A DNA stretch of 64,000 nucleotides from Eledone cirrhosa (GCA_964016885.1 OZ024745.1:17856001-17920000); one strand, 5' to 3'. Numbered from the stretch's first letter, positions 27,910-40,401 are shown. Notes: generated from the letters alone by a model not told the origin. Numbers and translations: made by a program.

Positions 27910-29645
27910 TCAACAAACCATACAAGTCGCCAATCGCCTTAGACTCGAACAAAGAACTATCTTCATCTTACAGACCCACACTCCCCCCGGCCTGAACTCC
28001 CCACCCTTATTCCTTTAGCCTTCGACCGCCCCCTCCCCCCACACTTATCCCCCACTAACACCACTAACACACCCCTCCTTTTCACCGCCCACCCCACAAC
28101 TAACAATACTAACACCTCCACTCCACCCCTCATCCGACCACCCTTCCCCAACTAACATACTAACATCCCTGCCTTCTTCTCCTCCTCCCCCCTCCTTATC
28201 ACACGCACACGCCCACCGGCACATATATACACGCGCTCACACTAAACACACACCCTACTACCACCACTAACCCTCACCCCCACACCTCTCACCCCCACAC
28301 CTCCATCCACCACCCCGAAACTAACCTCACTAACACCCCCTGACCCCAAGCACACGAACACATGCACCCACTTACACCACCCACTCCACACGCATCTAAC
28401 ATCACTAACACCCCCCAACCCCACGCACACGTACCCACACATCCTCGTACACCACCAACTCTACACACCCTACCACCACTAAACCCCACTCACACCTGCA
28501 TTCAACCCTTCCCCACCTCCCGTAGACTAACACCCACTAACACCCCTTCATCAAACTACACACACACCAGTACACCACACTCCCTCCATAGAACTACACA
28601 CACCCTTCTCTTCCCGCTCCACCCACACCCTCGCTCCACACTCACTCATCCCACTAACACCTCTACTAATACACACACACACACCCTCCTCACTCCAACT
28701 TTCACACCTACCCATCCTCGCCCCTTTACCATTCCACCGACTGCTGCTATGCCCTCTGACCACCTCCCAGCACAAAAAACACACAGCACACCCACTGCTT
28801 GACCACATCCTGTTGCGCGCGCACCCCACATCTCTCCTCTTCCGACCATCTCTTCATGGAATACTCGTATGTGGAACTTGACCACCACAGAATCCACTAA
28901 ACATCATAGGATTTTACCAACTTTTCAACCATCCTCTTACGGAATCACCTATATAACTCACCCACACACACACCCCAAACATTATTTTTTTCTCCACACG
29001 CCACCTACACCAACAACACGCTTAAACCCACACACACGTGCTTTCCACCACATATTTACACCCTCAGCCTCCTGATTCCTCTCCCCCCACCCCTCTATCC
29101 ACACACGCACAGACACTCCGACCTACAACCCCCCCCCACACACACACACACCTCTTCCTGAACATGCAATCCCGTTCTTCCCCCAACCTTTACTTTCATA
29201 TACACACACGCACACACACACACGTACACCTACACACACACACCACCTTCAGCCCTCCCCGCTCGGACACCCCGTCTCCCTCTCCCCACTCCACCCGCCA
29301 CCACCCCTACACACCCCACACCCTTCCACCACCTGTTTTACCCCCCTTTTAATTTCAGTTTATTTTGATCATGCTTTTATATTTAATTTTATTTCATTCC
29401 TTGTATTTTGATCATGCTTTATTTTTATTTTTATTTTTAATTTCATTCGCACCGTTTCCTTTCGCTATATGTCTCTCCACCACTCCCCTACACACCCTTT
29501 GAACTCTGTTCCCACACACTTCTCACCTGAGGAAGGGCTTATGCCCGAAACGTCGTTCCCCACCACCATCCCACTCTCCAGAGCGTGAAATTAATAAACA
29601 TTCGTTGTACTGCCTCTCTGTTTTGTTCCTGTTCAAATTTTTCCA
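27910..29645 (+). mobile_element. 5'-truncated Penelope-like element: EN C-terminus, C/A-rich 3' UTR, HHR
   Basis: RLRLEQRTIFILQTHTPPGLN is the PLE GIY-YIG terminal motif. Followed by 1.3 kb of CA-rich sequence, an HHR at 29524, AATAAA, then (AT)n. Confidence 0.8.
29524..29557 (+). ncRNA. Minimal PLE-type hammerhead
   Basis: CTGAGGA-a-GGGC ttat GCCC-GAAA-CG-TC; helix I weak (2 bp). Confidence 0.75.
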
Positions 29646-29660
29646 TAATATATATATATA

Positions 29661-30246
29661 TAATTGAATAAACAAGAGAGATGAACACTAATATAAACAT
29701 ACATGTTTTCGAATCGTAAGGACTAAAATTTGCTAGGGTGAACAAATACTAACTACAGCAATATACTTTCTTATCCTTAACTTTAAATATTAAATTAAGA
29801 AAAATAACAGACCTATATTGGGAAAAAATGCCTGGTAACAACTAGACAGTGTTGGAGAATGTTTCGCAACGACTTATTAAGTGAAGTTTTCACGTTTCTC
29901 TGCTCATCAGTTGTTGTTGAGAAATTCGTGATCCTTTCACTTCTAAAAATATTAGAAAATGAATTGTGTACGATATGAATTATCGCACGTGTCATTCGGA
30001 ACCCAGCTTGTTTCGAAATTCCCTGCCGCTAAGAATAGCAGCCTGGCTGACAGGACAATAAAAGTTAGGTCTACATGAAGGAGACGATAAATATATATTG
30101 AGTTAAGAACTCAGGGTCCCTTACAATTAAATAGCTCTAAGAAAAAAGCTTTTCCGAGCCGTACAATGTAATTGAATAAACAAGAGAGATGAACACTAAT
30201 ATAAACATACATGGCTTCGAATCGTAAGGACAAAAATTTGGTAGGG

Positions 30247-30250
<4 letters not shown>
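29661..30250 (-). mobile_element. 508-bp HHR-bearing unit with 82-bp terminal redundancy (retrozyme-like)
   Basis: 29661-29742 is repeated at 30169-30250; flanked by (AT)n; internal HHR. Confidence 0.75.
29837..29918 (-). ncRNA. Type I hammerhead with true helix III and GUC cleavage site
   Basis: AACAACAA-CTGATGA-GCA..TGC-GAAA-CA(11 nt)TG-TC-TAGTTGTT. Confidence 0.75.
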
Positions 30251-30313
<63 letters not shown>

Positions 30314-30541
30314 ATAGGGAGAAATAGACGATTATTAGGAAGAAAAATATTTTTGTTTTCCCTTTTATTATTTTCTCTTTTTTCTGGGTTAGAAGATGTT
30401 TAAAACAAAATATTTTACTTTGTGTTAAGGTATTAGTTGATTTATTTATTAATTAACAAAGGCATTTATTTATTTATTTATATATTTAATAATTGTCTAT
30501 TACCGGTTTCAGAATTTTATGCATTATCAAATACATATACA

Positions 30542-30579
<38 letters not shown>

Positions 30580-31123
30580 GCTTGTTGTGTAGCCGTCGTA
30601 GTTGCTCGTAATTCAAAGCAATGTTATGCAACAGTGCCAGGGACGACGTGTAACTATATATATGTGTGTGTGTATGTGTGTGTTTGTGTGTGTGTGGGGG
30701 TATGTGTGTATGCATGTGTGTGTATATGTGTGTGTGTGTAGATGTATTAACGACTATGCACCATACGATTCGTAGCCATACAAACATTTCAACCAAATTC
30801 TCTTAAATGTTATATAATACACATAATCACATACAATCTGCATCATCGAAATCTAGAAAATCTAATCTCTTTTGTGTGAGAAACTTCACAGCTGTGAAGT
30901 TATGCATACATTTGGACGTTGTTCGTATAACCGTAGGTATTTGTTAGCAGCAGTCGATGTCATATTTAAAAGAAGACTGATAAAGGTATTGCAAGATATT
31001 TGATTATGGGTACGATTCCCTATCAATAATCGAAGTGTTTCAGTTTATTTTGTTTGGCTGGGGTGATGTTTGGGGAAGTATTTTACATCAATAACTCGAA
31101 CAGCTGTTACTGCTGCTGCTGCG

Positions 31124-31190
<67 letters not shown>
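31124..31190. repeat. (ACT)n trinucleotide microsatellite
   Basis: Direct reading. Confidence 0.97.
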
Positions 31191-32372
31191 TCACCACCAC
31201 CACAAATAGGGACGATAACAACCAAATCACACATGCAATACATTCTTGCTAAGGTGTTTACACCTCCATATCACCCATTAATATTTCGCATATTCATTCA
31301 TTTTTCGCAGTAATGCAACCGTACAAGTATTTCCTCAGCATGTTGTCAATTCAGGCGTCAGTGCTTTTTAATTCTCAACTGAAGTGTGGTCACTGCAACG
31401 ATGTGATCAATCTACGTATTCTACAAAGACTAATGGTATTTTTGTTACCCTGTGTCTCTATTTAAAATGTTACTTTTCAGATGACTAGTTCCCCATCCAT
31501 CTGGAGGTTTGTTTGTTCATTGAAAGTCGATAAAGGTGATGACATTGTCTAATTGGTTGGTTTGGTTATATGTGTCATTAGATGGCTGGTTACTCTGTTT
31601 CTGGTATAGATGTAGTCACATAACGCAATGCAAAAGCCTTTGTATCTTCCTTTGAAGTGCCAGTTATGCTATTATTATGGAGTTCCGTTTTGTCTTGAGC
31701 TGTCTAGATGCATGGTATTCCGATTTTATATATAGATGGCAGTTACACGCAAACAGCTGTTTTTCATTGTAGCGTAGACTCTAGTTGAATCGTATAGTGT
31801 AAGTAATTTTCCATCTCTCTATATATAAACACATTACTTTACCTACCTCTCGCACTAAACCCTGGCAAAAATGAGTTGTACTTATAATTCAAGGAGGCAA
31901 CCTTGTAACACAATGTGTCACATTTAGTCACCCTGACCAATACATTCCGAGAGGTATGTATCTGTGGAATACTCAGCCACGTATATGTTTAATTTCTCGA
32001 GCAGTTAGTTCCGCTGATTGAATAAGCTGGAGCACTACTTTACTCTCATTTTCAATTATATGAAATCATGTGTTCAAATAGGCTCCGATCAGATTTGGGA
32101 ATAATATTAGATGCAGAGATAAGAAAATCCAACTCCATCTATAAAGAAATACAAACACTAAACAAAAAACATTACCATCAGCCACCTCTAAAACCATACC
32201 TACAGCATTGCCCGAATATAGAAAAATAGAATCATGGGGAGAGCATGAAAAGAGCAGATGTGTCGGTCAGGGTATGTGAACAAATTAACTAAGATCCTAA
32301 TCTGCCATTTTTGTTTGATCAAAGGAACTAGCTCGATCAACTCTTCGTTCGATCATTGATTGATGAAAACAA

Positions 32373-32474
<102 letters not shown>

Positions 32475-33259
32475 GTATTAGCTTACAGATGTTGTGCATA
32501 CCCTTATATTATTTATTATTTATAGAAATATGGAACCGACTGATTTATTATGCATGCAGATATGAATTCCTGCCTGAAAGGATATACATCTCTCGCCTAT
32601 CAAAATACATTGCTGTTAATAATATATGCCAAAAATACGTTATCATATCAGAACACAAATTTTCATAAACCTTTTACATAATATATGAGGATAACAGCAA
32701 GATATTATGTCATACACAATTTTGTATATTAATGGCTAAATGTAAAAAAAAAGATCTCATGTCCTTGAAGAGTTCTTTCGAATAAAAGATCCTCTATGAA
32801 ACAGATCAGTAAATTATCTACATATACGGAAATTGCATTTACACTAAAAAAAAAACGTTTATTATATATTACTTCATATCTTTGCTTTATAATTGCGATA
32901 ACAGGATTGCTTAGAATTTTGCATATAACAGCAAATTTCCTCATATTTATCATATTCCTATGAATAATATAATAGGTTTCTGAAAAATTATAGGAAATCC
33001 TTTTTTTAATAACGACAAATACATTTCTATGTGTTGTACATTCTCTGTTTTATATGTTTTTATGTGTGTTAGCTTTTATGCTAAAACGATATATTGAAAA
33101 TCAAAATCTGTATTTACAATGGTTGACAGTTACATATTGTGAGCATCAACCTTCCTTAATTTTATTGTAGATTTCCGCATATTTTAAGTATGGTTAAATA
33201 TTTTGCTTGTGGTTCATTGTTCCTGCCAATAACAATACATTTTTATATTATTATGCTGA

Positions 33260-33480
33260 ATGTTTATGATTTAGGCACAAGGCCAACAGTTTTCAGCGAG
33301 GGTAAAGTCGATTAAACTGACAGAAATAAATTACTGGTACTTAATTTTATCGACCCCGTAAGGATGAAAGGGCGAAGCTAAACCCACCAGCATTTGAACT
33401 TAGAAAGAAAGAGGACGTAATTATCTGCCGGTAATCATATTTTCCGACGCTCTACCGATACTCACATTCCACCGATCTTA
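33260..33480 (-). mobile_element. Older, diverged copy of the tRNA-derived SINE
   Basis: Shares TTTAGGCACAAGGCCA, TATCGACCCCGTAAGGATGAAAGG and TCTACCGATACT; approximate TSD ATTAT(T/C)ATGCTGA. Confidence 0.8.
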
Positions 33481-33711
33481 CATTATCATGCTGATTACTT
33501 AAATTAAAGAAATCATCAATAAATATATCGATATTTTGATTAGGCTGTATCTCTAGCGTATACGTTCTAATAATCTGAGGAATACTTTCCCTGTGTTGTG
33601 TGTTGGATATCATTTGTTATGGTATTAATCCTGCCTTTTTGCTCTCTATGTTAAAATCCTGTTCATATCTAGTTACCTTTCATTCGGTCGAAATGGATAA
33701 AAGAAGTACGT

Positions 33712-33804
33712 GACCAGTGCATGTGTAGTCAGCAAAAGAAAAACTAGACCAGTGCATGTGTAGTCAGCAAAAGAAAAACTAGACCAGTGCATGTGTAGTC
33801 AGCA
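33712..33804. repeat. 35-bp minisatellite, 2.6 copies
   Basis: GACCAGTGCATGTGTAGTCAGCAAAAGAAAAACTA at 33712, 33747 and 33782. Confidence 0.95.
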
Positions 33805-34378
33805 CTCTGCAATATCGAAAGGGTGTCCAAACCGAGTACATCATTTGAAAAACATGATCCATTTACAAATGGCAGCAGTAATAGCTATAATTATTTAAGT
33901 AACAGAATCACATAGGAAAGCCCAATTCATAGAAGATATTCAGTGTTGGCAAGAACATACGAGAATGTGTTGACCATTGTTACTAAAATATAATCTACAA
34001 AAATGCCTCTTGTACGGCAGATTGAAAATCCAAACCCCATGAATCGGCTAAATACTATATAGGCAGAATCATTCATAGACTGAACAAAATACTATTTAGG
34101 TATGACCAAATGAGGTTTAATTTTCAACATAGTCCCTGGACAGAAACTATGGCGTTATTAATAAGAATATTGAAAATTAATATATAGAAGATTTCGCAGT
34201 TATAGCATCAATCCTTCGTCTTCTTTCAGTCGACTCCTATAGAGTTAACCGTTCAATTACAGTCTTATCAAATGAATATCTATACCATCAGTTTTGATTT
34301 ATGTTGAACTATTATTGAAAAGAAATATATATATATACATATATATATACATATATATATACATATATATATATACAC

Positions 34379-34409
<31 letters not shown>

Positions 34410-34468
34410 GGCATATATATATATATATATTTACATATATATATACATATATATATATATACATATAT

Positions 34469-34531
<63 letters not shown>

Positions 34532-34582
34532 TAAACGGAAAAGTGGTTTATATATATATATAAGTTGATTTATTTATTATAT

Positions 34583-34968
34583 ATATATAGATTAGAGCAA
34601 ACATCACGGACGCTCTATCTCAAAATTATTTTTGAAAAGCATTATATATATATAATGCTAGGGTTAACTTTGCCTTTCATCCTTACGGGGTCGATAAAAT
34701 AAAGTACCAGTAATACACTGGAATAAGTGCTGGCCTTGTGCCAAATGTAGAAACAATTATATATATATATATATATTGGTAAACGGAAAAGAAAATGCTG
34801 ACAAATTGTTCACAGTGAAAAATAGTTTAATTAGGAATAAGTGAGAATTATTAATAGCATTGGTTAGTATTCAGTTTTGGCTTTAAGTTTTACCGGTTGC
34901 GCATTTCTAATGCTTTTCAAAAATATTTAGAGATAGAGTGTCCGTGATGTTTGCTCTAATCTGTATAC
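34583..34968 (-). mobile_element. Short inverted-repeat pLTR remnant with a decayed U3:A8 HHR (34888-34923)
   Basis: 34583-34645 is the reverse complement of 34908-34968. Minus strand reads TTT-TTGAAAA-GCAT tagaa ATGC-GCAA-CCGG-TA-AAA. Confidence 0.65.
34662..34760 (+). mobile_element. 5'-truncated SINE copy
   Basis: Central domain and 3' tail of the 19588 family. Confidence 0.85.
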
Positions 34969-35033
34969 ATATATATATACATATATATATATACGATATT
35001 AATAAATGGAAACTATATTTATAAAACCATATT

Positions 35034-35098
35034 TATTTCATTATACATATTTCAGGGATACCAAATTAAAATATGGTATGCCTTCATCAGACAAAATA
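35034..35098 (-). ncRNA. Type I hammerhead (left arm)
   Basis: Reverse complement of 35221-35285. Confidence 0.8.
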
Positions 35099-35220
35099 CA
35101 ATATATAAACAGTTTTATAAATAATTTTGACGTACCCTATTAAATGCAACCATTATTTTTGGAAGCTGTCTGGATAGTAAAAATTACGTCAAAATTATTT
35201 ATAAAACAGTTTATATATTG

Positions 35221-35285
35221 TATTTTGTCTGATGAAGGCATACCATATTTTAATTTGGTATCCCTGAAATATGTATAATGAAATA
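35221..35285 (+). ncRNA. Type I hammerhead (right arm)
   Basis: TATTTTGT-CTGATGA-AGGcATACCA..TGGTATcCCT-GAAA-TATGTA-TA-ATGAAATA. Confidence 0.82.
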
Positions 35286-35412
35286 AATATGGTTTTATAA
35301 ATATAGTTTCCATTTATTAATATCGTATATCTACTCCAAAAACTTGTCGAGTGCTTTATATCAGTTATAAAATATTTACTTGTTGTATCCAAACAATTTT
35401 AAATAGAACTTT

Positions 35413-35483
<71 letters not shown>

Positions 35484-35809
35484 GTGTATATATATATATA
35501 TTTAATATAGAAAGGCTTCTACAAGACTAGAAATGTTTCATTCGGGAGAAATCATCAGGGAGCCGCGCTATCCAAGTAAAATGGTAGTATTTATATCTGT
35601 TCTGGTGGTAGGAGAGGGTGGTGATTGGGATGGGTGGAGGCCATTAGTTGATGGGTTTAAAGAAAAGGAATTCTTTATAAACACAAATCTGAATCTATTT
35701 GTCAATACATATAGCAAAATACAAATGGTTCAAAACATATATTTTAAAAACTTGATTCAGTGGATTGATACGTGATGCCCCCCCCCCCACACACACACAC
35801 ATACACAGC

Positions 35810-38760
35810 CTAAGCGGACAGAATGGCGAAGGCGTTTCCCCGGAGCGCCTCACACCTGCGGCTGGCCAGCTCACCGCCTATGGTGGTGAGTAGGGAGGTA
35901 GCCCTAGGACCAAGCACACCAGAAGTCTCCACTGCCAAGGGTACGACCGCAAACCTGTCGGAGAGTGACCGGTATTTCAGGAGTTTGGCTTCCTCAGCCC
36001 GACGTGCAGCAGAACCTGGGATAGTCGCAGACTGCACCAGGTTGCGGCTGCAGAAAGTGTCGGTGCAAGTGGCATCCCAGACGAGGGGCTTGCCACCGCG
36101 GAACGGGAATATGGTCTTGCCATCTGGCCTTTTGTTGTCCCCTCGGTCCAGCCCCACTCGCTCGAGCTGGGAAGGGAAGCCTGCAGCGTCCAAACCATGC
36201 TTAATGACCTCGTTGATGGCACCATGACGTGGGTGGCGGCCTGCACAGGAAAGCGGGTGGAGGCCGAAAGTGCCCACGGTAGATGCGCCATTGTTGTGGC
36301 ACGTAGATTCGGTGGCCGAGATTCTAGGAAACGCCGATGCGCAGGCTATTGTTATCTAGTTGCGTGTCAGTGAAGACGGAGGGCAGGGCATGAAGCCAGA
36401 CACCACTGTGGGGTTTGGAGGCCGCACGAAAGCAGGCAAGGCGGTACTGCTCTTGCTGGCGAGTGAGCCTGTCTAAGGCCAGGCTGCACTGGAAGGCATC
36501 CCAAGTGATTTGGGGGACTTGACGTCAGCAGAGGGAGGGAAAAGGAGGAGGGAAGTCGCAGCCGGTCCCACGTCTCACAGGGGTCCAGACGTTCTCTTAA
36601 CACAGAGGGTTCTATTGTGTTTTGAAGAACCCTACTGACGCGGCATGAGGTTGCCGAGGAAAGATACGCGGGCAAAGCCAGTGGGATCGGTCACCGGAGG
36701 CCAAGGCCGCCATGCCTGACAGGTAAAGTGGCCTGTTGCCATCCAATGTCGTCAAACTTGACGTTGCATATCTCCTCGGCTGCTTCTCGGATACATGTAT
36801 CGAGGTCAGTGAGGAGAGATGTGTGGGTGTAGAACGGAGCACTGCGAAAGGGTTAGAGGAGCTTCGGCATCGCGAAATCAATTCCTCAACAGAAAGAGGG
36901 CCGGGTGGTCATCTATCAAGCCCAGTCGGCTCGTGAGAGTCTGGAGTTGTCGAAGCCTCAACCTATTGGTGGAGCGGATGGCCGGCGGGTAGATCGGTGA
37001 CCCGAGGATAAGGACATCCTCTTTGGGATCACCCGTACCTGGTGTAGAATGAACCACACGTCCCAGACGGAGGCTGCAAAGCTCTCAGTATCGTGGCTGA
37101 CATTCACCACATCCGAATTGGCCGAATTGAGCTGGAGGCCGATTCCCGCCAGGGCAGGAACCACCGATTTGTATGTCATGGCAGAGACTCTGAACGGGCC
37201 CGCGCAACGTAGCATCATCCAGATACCAAAGGTTGAGAGGGGCCGTGATACTCCGGGCAATGTGGTATGTACCAATGGCATACAGGAGGTGTCACAAAGG
37301 GTCACCTTATTTGGACCCCAGTGGCCGAAGATATGACCGTATCAGCAGCAAGGAGCATACACTGGGCTCCATACGACAGGTAGGCCTGCGGGTAGGCAGA
37401 GGGGGATCGGCTGAGGGAGGCATCGGGCAGATGTTCCCGGCGTAAATATTTGAAGGCATTCCTCATGTCAAGCTTGACAATGAAGTGCATGGAGTCCCTG
37501 AGTACCGATTCCGGTGGGCAGCTGTTGAAGAACTGCCTGGCTGCATGTGCGGTCCCCTCACAGACAACGGACACGCCGACACCCAGTTGCACCGGGCTGA
37601 ACTCCTCACTCATTTCAGGGGTTATGGCCCTGCAGACCACCTTACCAGCCTCCGGGAGACATTGCCCACAGAGATGGGGCGTATGCCAACCTCTTTCTTC
37701 CTGAGAGCGGTGAGGCTAGCTAAAAAAAAAGAGGCCCCGAGAATGCGGGTCCACGGCGCCATGGATGAGCCTATTGGTGAGTGCCACAATTGCACTCAGA
37801 AAGTGGCTCCCGGCCTCAGCGGAGAGGGAGGATAGCAGCTCCTTGAGGTGGCCTGGTCGGAGACCATCAGCACCTCCACTGCTGCTAGCTGGGTAGGACT
37901 TGATGGCGGACATGATGTCTGTGTCGGAAGCCACAAGGAGCAAGTGGGGATCGGGTGGGGGTATGGGTCTGAGATCAGGGGGGGACTCAGGGTGCTTGAG
38001 TTGCAGTGCAGCCAGGACCTCCTCGGTGAGTTGAAGGACAGTGTCCTCTGAGCCAACCACTCTGACTGCAGCCGAGATATCACCCATGATTAATTTAGCA
38101 TTTACGCGGTCACGCAAACGCTTGGCGCTGGCCTCTGTGGTGGAGGATTTGGGGTACCCGAGGGTGGGTGGTTTGGCGCCCCTAGTCACGCTTAGGATAG
38201 GCGCTTGCCCAAAGGAAAGAAACATTGGCCTTAACGAAGACTACTGTTGACCGACGCTCCGGTCAGTGCCAGAGTTGTGGAGGCCGAGGAGGAGTGGGAC
38301 GAAATAAAAGTGTCGCTAGCTCTATTGGAGTCCAGGGCACTCTCAATCAAGGAAGCGAGGGCATCGGCTACCGGCACCCGGGCCGCTCTCGGGATCCTGA
38401 GTGGGATCTTCCGGAGCCGCCTGAGCCGAGCGAAGTTGACCAGCGAGGCATGGGCGTCAGGCAAGGTCGTTGTCTCATATGGTTTTGTGACAGACAGCCG
38501 TGGCTGGGCAGACGAGGGGAAGAGGCATTTCCTGTATCTCCACGCTGTGAGGGCACTGGTAGCTCGACGTATTAAGCCAAGACATGTGATGTGGTGGAAG
38601 CAGCCGCACCACGAACAGTTCCGGACCCACTTCCTTCCGTTGGTGGCGCTGCAAGTGCTGCAGGTGTAGAATAGCAAAGGCAGAACAAATTCTATAGACA
38701 GATTCACTCTGGGCGTGCCACTCCTGAATTTTAAGGTTCACTTAAGCTAACAATGCCTTT
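35810..38760 (-). mobile_element. CRE-clade-like non-LTR retrotransposon (PHD finger, RT, restriction-like endonuclease), multiply frameshifted
   Basis: SSGGADGLRPGHLKEL, QLGVGV..CE...HAAR, KLDMRNAF, GVQ; RLE HPLSC..RHGAINEVI..RPDG..WDATC.DT..AEEAKLLKY..PLAVETSG..RGNA. Visibly GC-rich against the flanks. Confidence 0.85.
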
Positions 38761-38820
38761 GCTCAGGTGTCTACAAGCGCATTCACACACGCACACATAT
38801 AAAGACCCCACTTATACGCA

Positions 38821-38933
38821 GAATGAAACAATTCTGGTCTTGTAGAAGCCTTTCTATATTAAATATTTATACGCTGCTTTGTATTAAGTACCTTACTTAT
38901 TGTAGTTAACTCCGATTGAAACCGGGAGAAACT
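38821..38933 (+). mobile_element. pLTR-like 3' fragment (family also at 35500-35565 minus and 58097-58222 plus)
   Basis: Shared GA(A/G)TGAAACA..TCT(A/G)GTC.TGTAGAAGCC..TTTCTATATTAAA and ..CCGATTGAA.C..GGGA; ends at AT repeats. Confidence 0.65.
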
Positions 38934-38960
38934 TATATATATATATATATATATATAGAG

Positions 38961-39647
38961 ATTGAAACAAAATGAAAACGAAATTTCATTTCTCCCTCTT
39001 AGTATGGCACTTACTTAAATGTAAGTATGCATGTATACGTACATACATATATGTATACAGACGTACAGTAGCATGCACATATATATATATATATACATAT
39101 ATACATACATATGCATACAGGTACACATACATATATGCACGTATCAGTTTAGCGGCGCTTATTATAACGTCGCTTTGTTCGTTTGTAAACAAATTGAACA
39201 GCCTGAATTTATGCCATACGGTGTTAAGGCAACCACGTCACCTTTTTGTTCAACACTGACACAGGAACGATGTACTAGTTTCAAGCTTGTTAGCTATCAT
39301 CAGCACCGTTTACCCATCTGCCAGATAGTTGAACGTTCGAAAGTATATACTTTCCTTATGAAAATTAACGGCTGAGCAGCCTAATTTGCATATTGAGTGA
39401 GTTAAATCGGTCAGGCATACCGAAAACGATAAATTGAAACAAAATGAAAACGAAATTTCATTTCTCACTCTTAGTATGGCACTTACTTAAATGTAAGTAT
39501 GCATGTATACGTACATACATATATGTATACTGATACGTGCATATATGTATGTGTACCTGTATGCATATGTATGTATATATGTATATATATATATATATGT
39601 GCATGCTACTGTACGTCTGTATACATATATGTATGTACGCATACATG
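38961..39647 (-). mobile_element. 472-bp HHR-bearing unit with ~98-bp terminal redundancy and a 5' inverted segment
   Basis: 38961-39058 is repeated at 39433-39530; 39529-39647 is the reverse complement of 39029-39148. Confidence 0.8.
39266..39310 (-). ncRNA. Intact minimal type I hammerhead
   Basis: AACGGTG-CTGATGA-tAGCT aaca AGCTt-GAAA-CTAG-TA-CATCGTT; 7-bp helix I and palindromic CTAG loop. Confidence 0.87.
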
Positions 39648-39748
39648 TCTCTCTGTGTCTCATACTCGCTCGCTTTCTCTCGCTCATTTTCTTTTTCTTT
39701 AAAATATTTGCGTTTACGTGTGTATCTATATAACTGCACACAAAGATA

Positions 39749-39782
<34 letters not shown>

Positions 39783-39791
<9 letters not shown>

Positions 39792-40323
39792 TAAACAAAT
39801 AATGAATAAACAATTCCTTATATTAAACAAAAAAAGTTCATTATTTAACGATCGTTTCTAGGGTATACATGTGTTATAATTGGTATGCATATTCAACAGA
39901 TCTATGTACAAAATTATACAAAATTATACAAATTATCAAGATTAAATATACATACCTAACACATATATACGCCGTCTTCAGAAATATTTATTTCTGAAGA
40001 CGGCGTATATATGTGTTAGGTATGTATATTTAATCTTGATAATTTGTATAATTTTGTATAATTTTGTACATAGATCTGTTGAATATGCATACCAATTATA
40101 ACACATGTATACCCTAGAAACGATCGTTAAATAATGAACTTTTTTTGTTTAATATAAGGAATTGTTTATTCATTATTTGTTTAATATTTTATCTTGACTC
40201 TGTATACCGTTTGTCTTTCACCGAAAGTGGATTTTCATTGCATCTCTTCTTTCCATGATATCCGGAATACATTGAGTTCTTCATACGGATTGGACACTAC
40301 CGTAAACTCTTGGTAGATTTATC

Positions 40324-40327
<4 letters not shown>
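39783..40327 (+). mobile_element. Palindromic pLTR insertion: 204-bp arms with a 2-nt spacer, plus 3' tail
   Basis: 39783-39986 is the reverse complement of 39989-40192 with no mismatch seen. The tail is homologous to 56712-56850 (minus). Confidence 0.9.
39988..40134 (+). ncRNA. Type I hammerhead with ~115-nt helix II region (mirror copy at 39841-39986, minus)
   Basis: TTATTT-CTGAAGA-cGGcGTATATATGTG...CACATGTATACcCTa-GAAA-CGATCG-TT-AAATAA. Confidence 0.72.

Positions 40328-40401
<74 letters not shown>

Larger units (their letters stand above)
34990..35400 (+). mobile_element. Fold-back element (145-bp arms, 50-bp spacer) of the 25311 HHR family
   Basis: 34990-35134 is the reverse complement of 35185-35330. 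Confidence 0.85.

Noticed and set aside
33712-33804. CRISPR-like 35-bp periodicity
   Set aside because: Units are contiguous and identical with no unique spacers, there are no cas genes, and the context is eukaryotic.
35520-35565. Complete hammerhead on the minus strand (CTGATGA-tTTC tccc GAAt-GAAA-CATT-TC)
   Set aside because: Core and helix II are present but helix I cannot be paired; kept only as a pLTR-like fragment.
35823-38669. Plus-strand ORFs over the CRE element, and 62538-63969 over Tx1
   Set aside because: Antisense shadows of GC-rich coding sequence.
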